Source: Lama glama
Taxonomy: Eukaryota
NCBI GenBank assembly: GCA_028534125.1
Contig: CM052816.1
Coordinates: 81,470,001 to 81,534,000, forward strand
DNA: 64,000 bases
Reading direction: 5' to 3'
Both the position numbers and the translations under genes were made by a program. The notes under the pieces were generated by a model. The model was not told where the DNA came from and did not search any database. It saw only the letters and a program-made list of their open reading frames with translations. This document shows, piece after piece, positions 60,801 to 64,000 of this stretch (the first letter of the stretch is position 1; each line of letters starts with the position of its first letter).

Positions 60801-61854
60801 TGCCCTCTGGGAATTCCGGTGCTCGGTCTGGGCAGAGGACATAGGTGTTGAAGTGAATCTTCGGAGGCCACAGCAAGGGTGGCAGATAGGTTTAAAGTTG
60901 AATTCAACTTCCAAATAATTAGCGCATTCTCTGTGTTTGAGAGGGAAGGGCACCAAAAGAGCCAGGTGTTTCCCTTCCCCAACCTATTTGATTTTTCCAT
61001 AGAGACTTGCAGTAGAGTGTTTTCAGAATGCCTCATTGAGAATTATCTGAAATAACTGGTGTCATATACTTTGAAATACCTTCATTCGTGGCAAATCTTA
61101 GTGCTTTAAAGTTGTATTTAGTTATTTTAAATGGCCAGGTAAATTTAGAGTGTACATGTGGAATAGGCAGTGTAGCCCTGGTTGGAGGTGTGTCCTTTAT
61201 TTTATGTGTTATTTGAACTCTCTGAGCCTCAGAGCTCCCTGAAGTGGAGAGACATAGTCCTCTCCCGTGGATCTGATTGGATTGTTGCAGACATTTATTG
61301 TTTTACTCTCTACCACATCTTCCCCAGGTTTTGTCTTTCTTTTTGGGCTCTCCTTAATGTGTGTAGCCCCAGGATGCTCTGTTGAAGCATTTACCCCTTT
61401 CCTTTTGTGGTGCAGTCAGACTTAGACTTGTCCAGTCAGACGTTTTCTCTTGGGGCTTTGGATCTTGAGAGCAGAGCAGGCTGTGGGGTTTTTGGAGACC
61501 TATCAGAGGAGTGTCTTGTGGATCAGACTGTTCTCTGACTTAGTTCTTTTAGCTTCTTTCTCCCTAGCCCTTTGATGCTGTCTTTTTTCCATCTTGATTT
61601 TCCAGACATTTTGCAATTTTGTAAATTGAAGAACCTTCTAGTAAAGTCCCCTTTTAAAGATAGCCAGTTACTCATGTTTTTAATGCTTGCAGAAAAGAGC
61701 CATAATGCGATAATTTTACACTGCATCTTGAAAAATAAAGTGCTTGAGCTGGATAATACACGTTTAGGGTAAAATAGTTAAGTTTAACTAAAATGATGGA
61801 ACTGACTTTTGTGTGGCTTTTAGACTGGCTTCAGAGGTTGATCTCAAAGATGTG

Positions 61855-62354
61855 NNNNNNNNNNNNNNNNNNNNNNNNNNNNNNNNNNNNNNNNNNNNNN
61901 NNNNNNNNNNNNNNNNNNNNNNNNNNNNNNNNNNNNNNNNNNNNNNNNNNNNNNNNNNNNNNNNNNNNNNNNNNNNNNNNNNNNNNNNNNNNNNNNNNNN
62001 NNNNNNNNNNNNNNNNNNNNNNNNNNNNNNNNNNNNNNNNNNNNNNNNNNNNNNNNNNNNNNNNNNNNNNNNNNNNNNNNNNNNNNNNNNNNNNNNNNNN
62101 NNNNNNNNNNNNNNNNNNNNNNNNNNNNNNNNNNNNNNNNNNNNNNNNNNNNNNNNNNNNNNNNNNNNNNNNNNNNNNNNNNNNNNNNNNNNNNNNNNNN
62201 NNNNNNNNNNNNNNNNNNNNNNNNNNNNNNNNNNNNNNNNNNNNNNNNNNNNNNNNNNNNNNNNNNNNNNNNNNNNNNNNNNNNNNNNNNNNNNNNNNNN
62301 NNNNNNNNNNNNNNNNNNNNNNNNNNNNNNNNNNNNNNNNNNNNNNNNNNNNNN
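61855..62354. other. Assembly gap (500 N)
   Basis: Run of N. Confidence 1.
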
Positions 62355-64000
62355 TCCCATAGATTTTGGTATTTTGTGTTTGCATTTTTGTTCAGTTCAA
62401 AATACTACTTCCTAACTTCTCTTGTGATTTATTTGACCCAGGGATTACTTAGAAGTGACAGATTGATTCTCACATGGGGATTCCCACATTTTGTTCTGTT
62501 GATTTCTAATGTAGTTCCCTTGGAGTAAAACATTTTTATGATTTCAGTCCTTTTAAATTCATTGTTTTATGGGATAGCATATGGAGTATCTTGGAAAATA
62601 TTCAAATGTGCTTGAAAAGAATGTGTATTTTGCTGTTGCTGACTAGAGAGTTTTATGAATGTCATTAAGTCAGCTTGGTTGATATGGTTGTTCAGCGTCT
62701 ACTGTTTTCTGTCTACTTCTATCAGTTATTGTCAGTGTAGTCTTAACTACTATTATTGTATTGCTTATTTCTCCTTTTTGTTAGTTTTTGCTTCATGTGT
62801 TTTGGGATTCTCTTGTTAGGTGTATGTATACTTGTATATAATTGTTAATCTTCCTGATGCTTAACTTCATTATGGTTAATTTTCCTTACCCTGAAGTCTA
62901 CTTTATCTCATATTAATTTAATTATTCCAGCTTTCTTTTGATTAGTGTTTGCATGGCTTTTCTTTCTTTCATTCTTTTAAACCTACTTGTGTCTTTGGAT
63001 CTAAACTGTGTCTTGTAGACAGCATATGTATGATCAGAGCTTTTACCTAGTCCTGGAAACCACCTTTGTTAGAGTATTTGATTTGTTCACATTTAATGTA
63101 ATTTTTGATAGAGTTGGATTTACACCAGCCACTGTACTCTAAGTTTCCTGTGTCGAAATTTTTTTTTGTCCCTTTGTTCCTCTTTTACCACCTTCTTTTG
63201 TGTTAAATAGAAAATAAAAAAAATTACACCATTTAAATTGCCTTTCACCTCCCTCCCTCCCTGTAAACCTGTATCCATTTGAGTTTTTCCCTCAGTAGTT
63301 GCTCTAGGGATTACAACATGCATCTTTATCACACTCTTCTTTAAAGTAATACTAATCTAATTCCAGCAAAATGTAGAAGCTTTGCCCCAATAAAGCCTCA
63401 TTTACTCCCCCTCCCTTAGTGCATTCTTGTTAGAAATACAGGTTAATGTGTTATAACCCCAACAATGCTGTTGTATACTTGTTTTATGGAGTCTTTTACT
63501 TTTAAATGAGTTTTTAAAAGCAAAAAGAAAATATATGGTCTTTCTTATTTATTAACTTTTGTAGTTACCTTTTCATACGGTTTTGAAATAGTGTCTGATG
63601 TTACTTACTTTCAGTCAGCAGGAATTCCTTTAGTATTTCATGGAAGGCAAACCTGCTAGCAACAAATTCAGCCTTTGTTTTTCTGGAAATGTCTCTGTTT
63701 CATCTTCATTTTTGAAGGATAATTTTGCTGGGTATAGATTTTCTTTTGATAGTTTCCTTTCAGCACTTTGAATATATTATCCTAGTGTCTCTGGTCTCCA
63801 GTATTTCTAGTGAGAAATTATCTGGTAATTGTATTGTTCCTTTATATATGGTAAGTTGTTTGTCTTTCTCCTTTCGTTATATTCTTTGTTTTTGTCAGCA
63901 GTTTGTGATGCATCTAGGTGTGATGATCTGTTTTTCCAGCTTGGAGTTTGTTGAGCATCTGGATCTTAGATGAATATTTTTCACCAAATTTGGGGAGTTT
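62355..64000 (-). mobile_element. Old L1M (antisense) in GOLPH3 intron 1
   Basis: T-rich antisense L1 motifs such as gtgcttgaaaagaatgtgtattttgctgttg and ttgaaggataattttgctgggtataga. Confidence 0.75.

Noticed and set aside
61788..62415. Long ORFs spanning the second N run
   Set aside because: Artefacts of the 500-N gap
1..64000. Prokaryote-type systems (CRISPR arrays, operons, defence islands)
   Set aside because: Sequence is mammalian intron/exon DNA; no regularly spaced repeat-spacer array seen

Overview
Mammalian genomic DNA, most likely a camelid, inferred from several tRNA-Ala-derived SINEs resembling the camelid Vic-1 family. The + strand carries the 3' half of MTMR12 (myotubularin-related pseudophosphatase): nine coding exons from 5524 to the stop at 23154, with a 3'UTR ending near 25.45 kb. 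A ~31 kb repeat-rich spacer follows (L1, L2, MIR, MaLR LTRs, SINEs), then the CpG-island promoter, exon 1 and start of intron 1 of GOLPH3 (ATG 57484). All exon boundaries are GT-AG with consistent reading phases. The best feature missed by the ORF track is a complete, disabled NDUFB3 processed pseudogene (41561-42052) with a perfect 17-bp target-site duplication. Other observations are an in-frame AUG uORF in the GOLPH3 leader, a nested L1/SINE insertion with a ~40-50 bp flanking duplication, and competing hairpins over an MTMR12 splice donor. There are two 500-N gaps. I do not see convincing evidence of a wholly new biological system. Gene and repeat identities come from recalled sequences rather than database searches, and repeat boundaries without TSDs are approximate.
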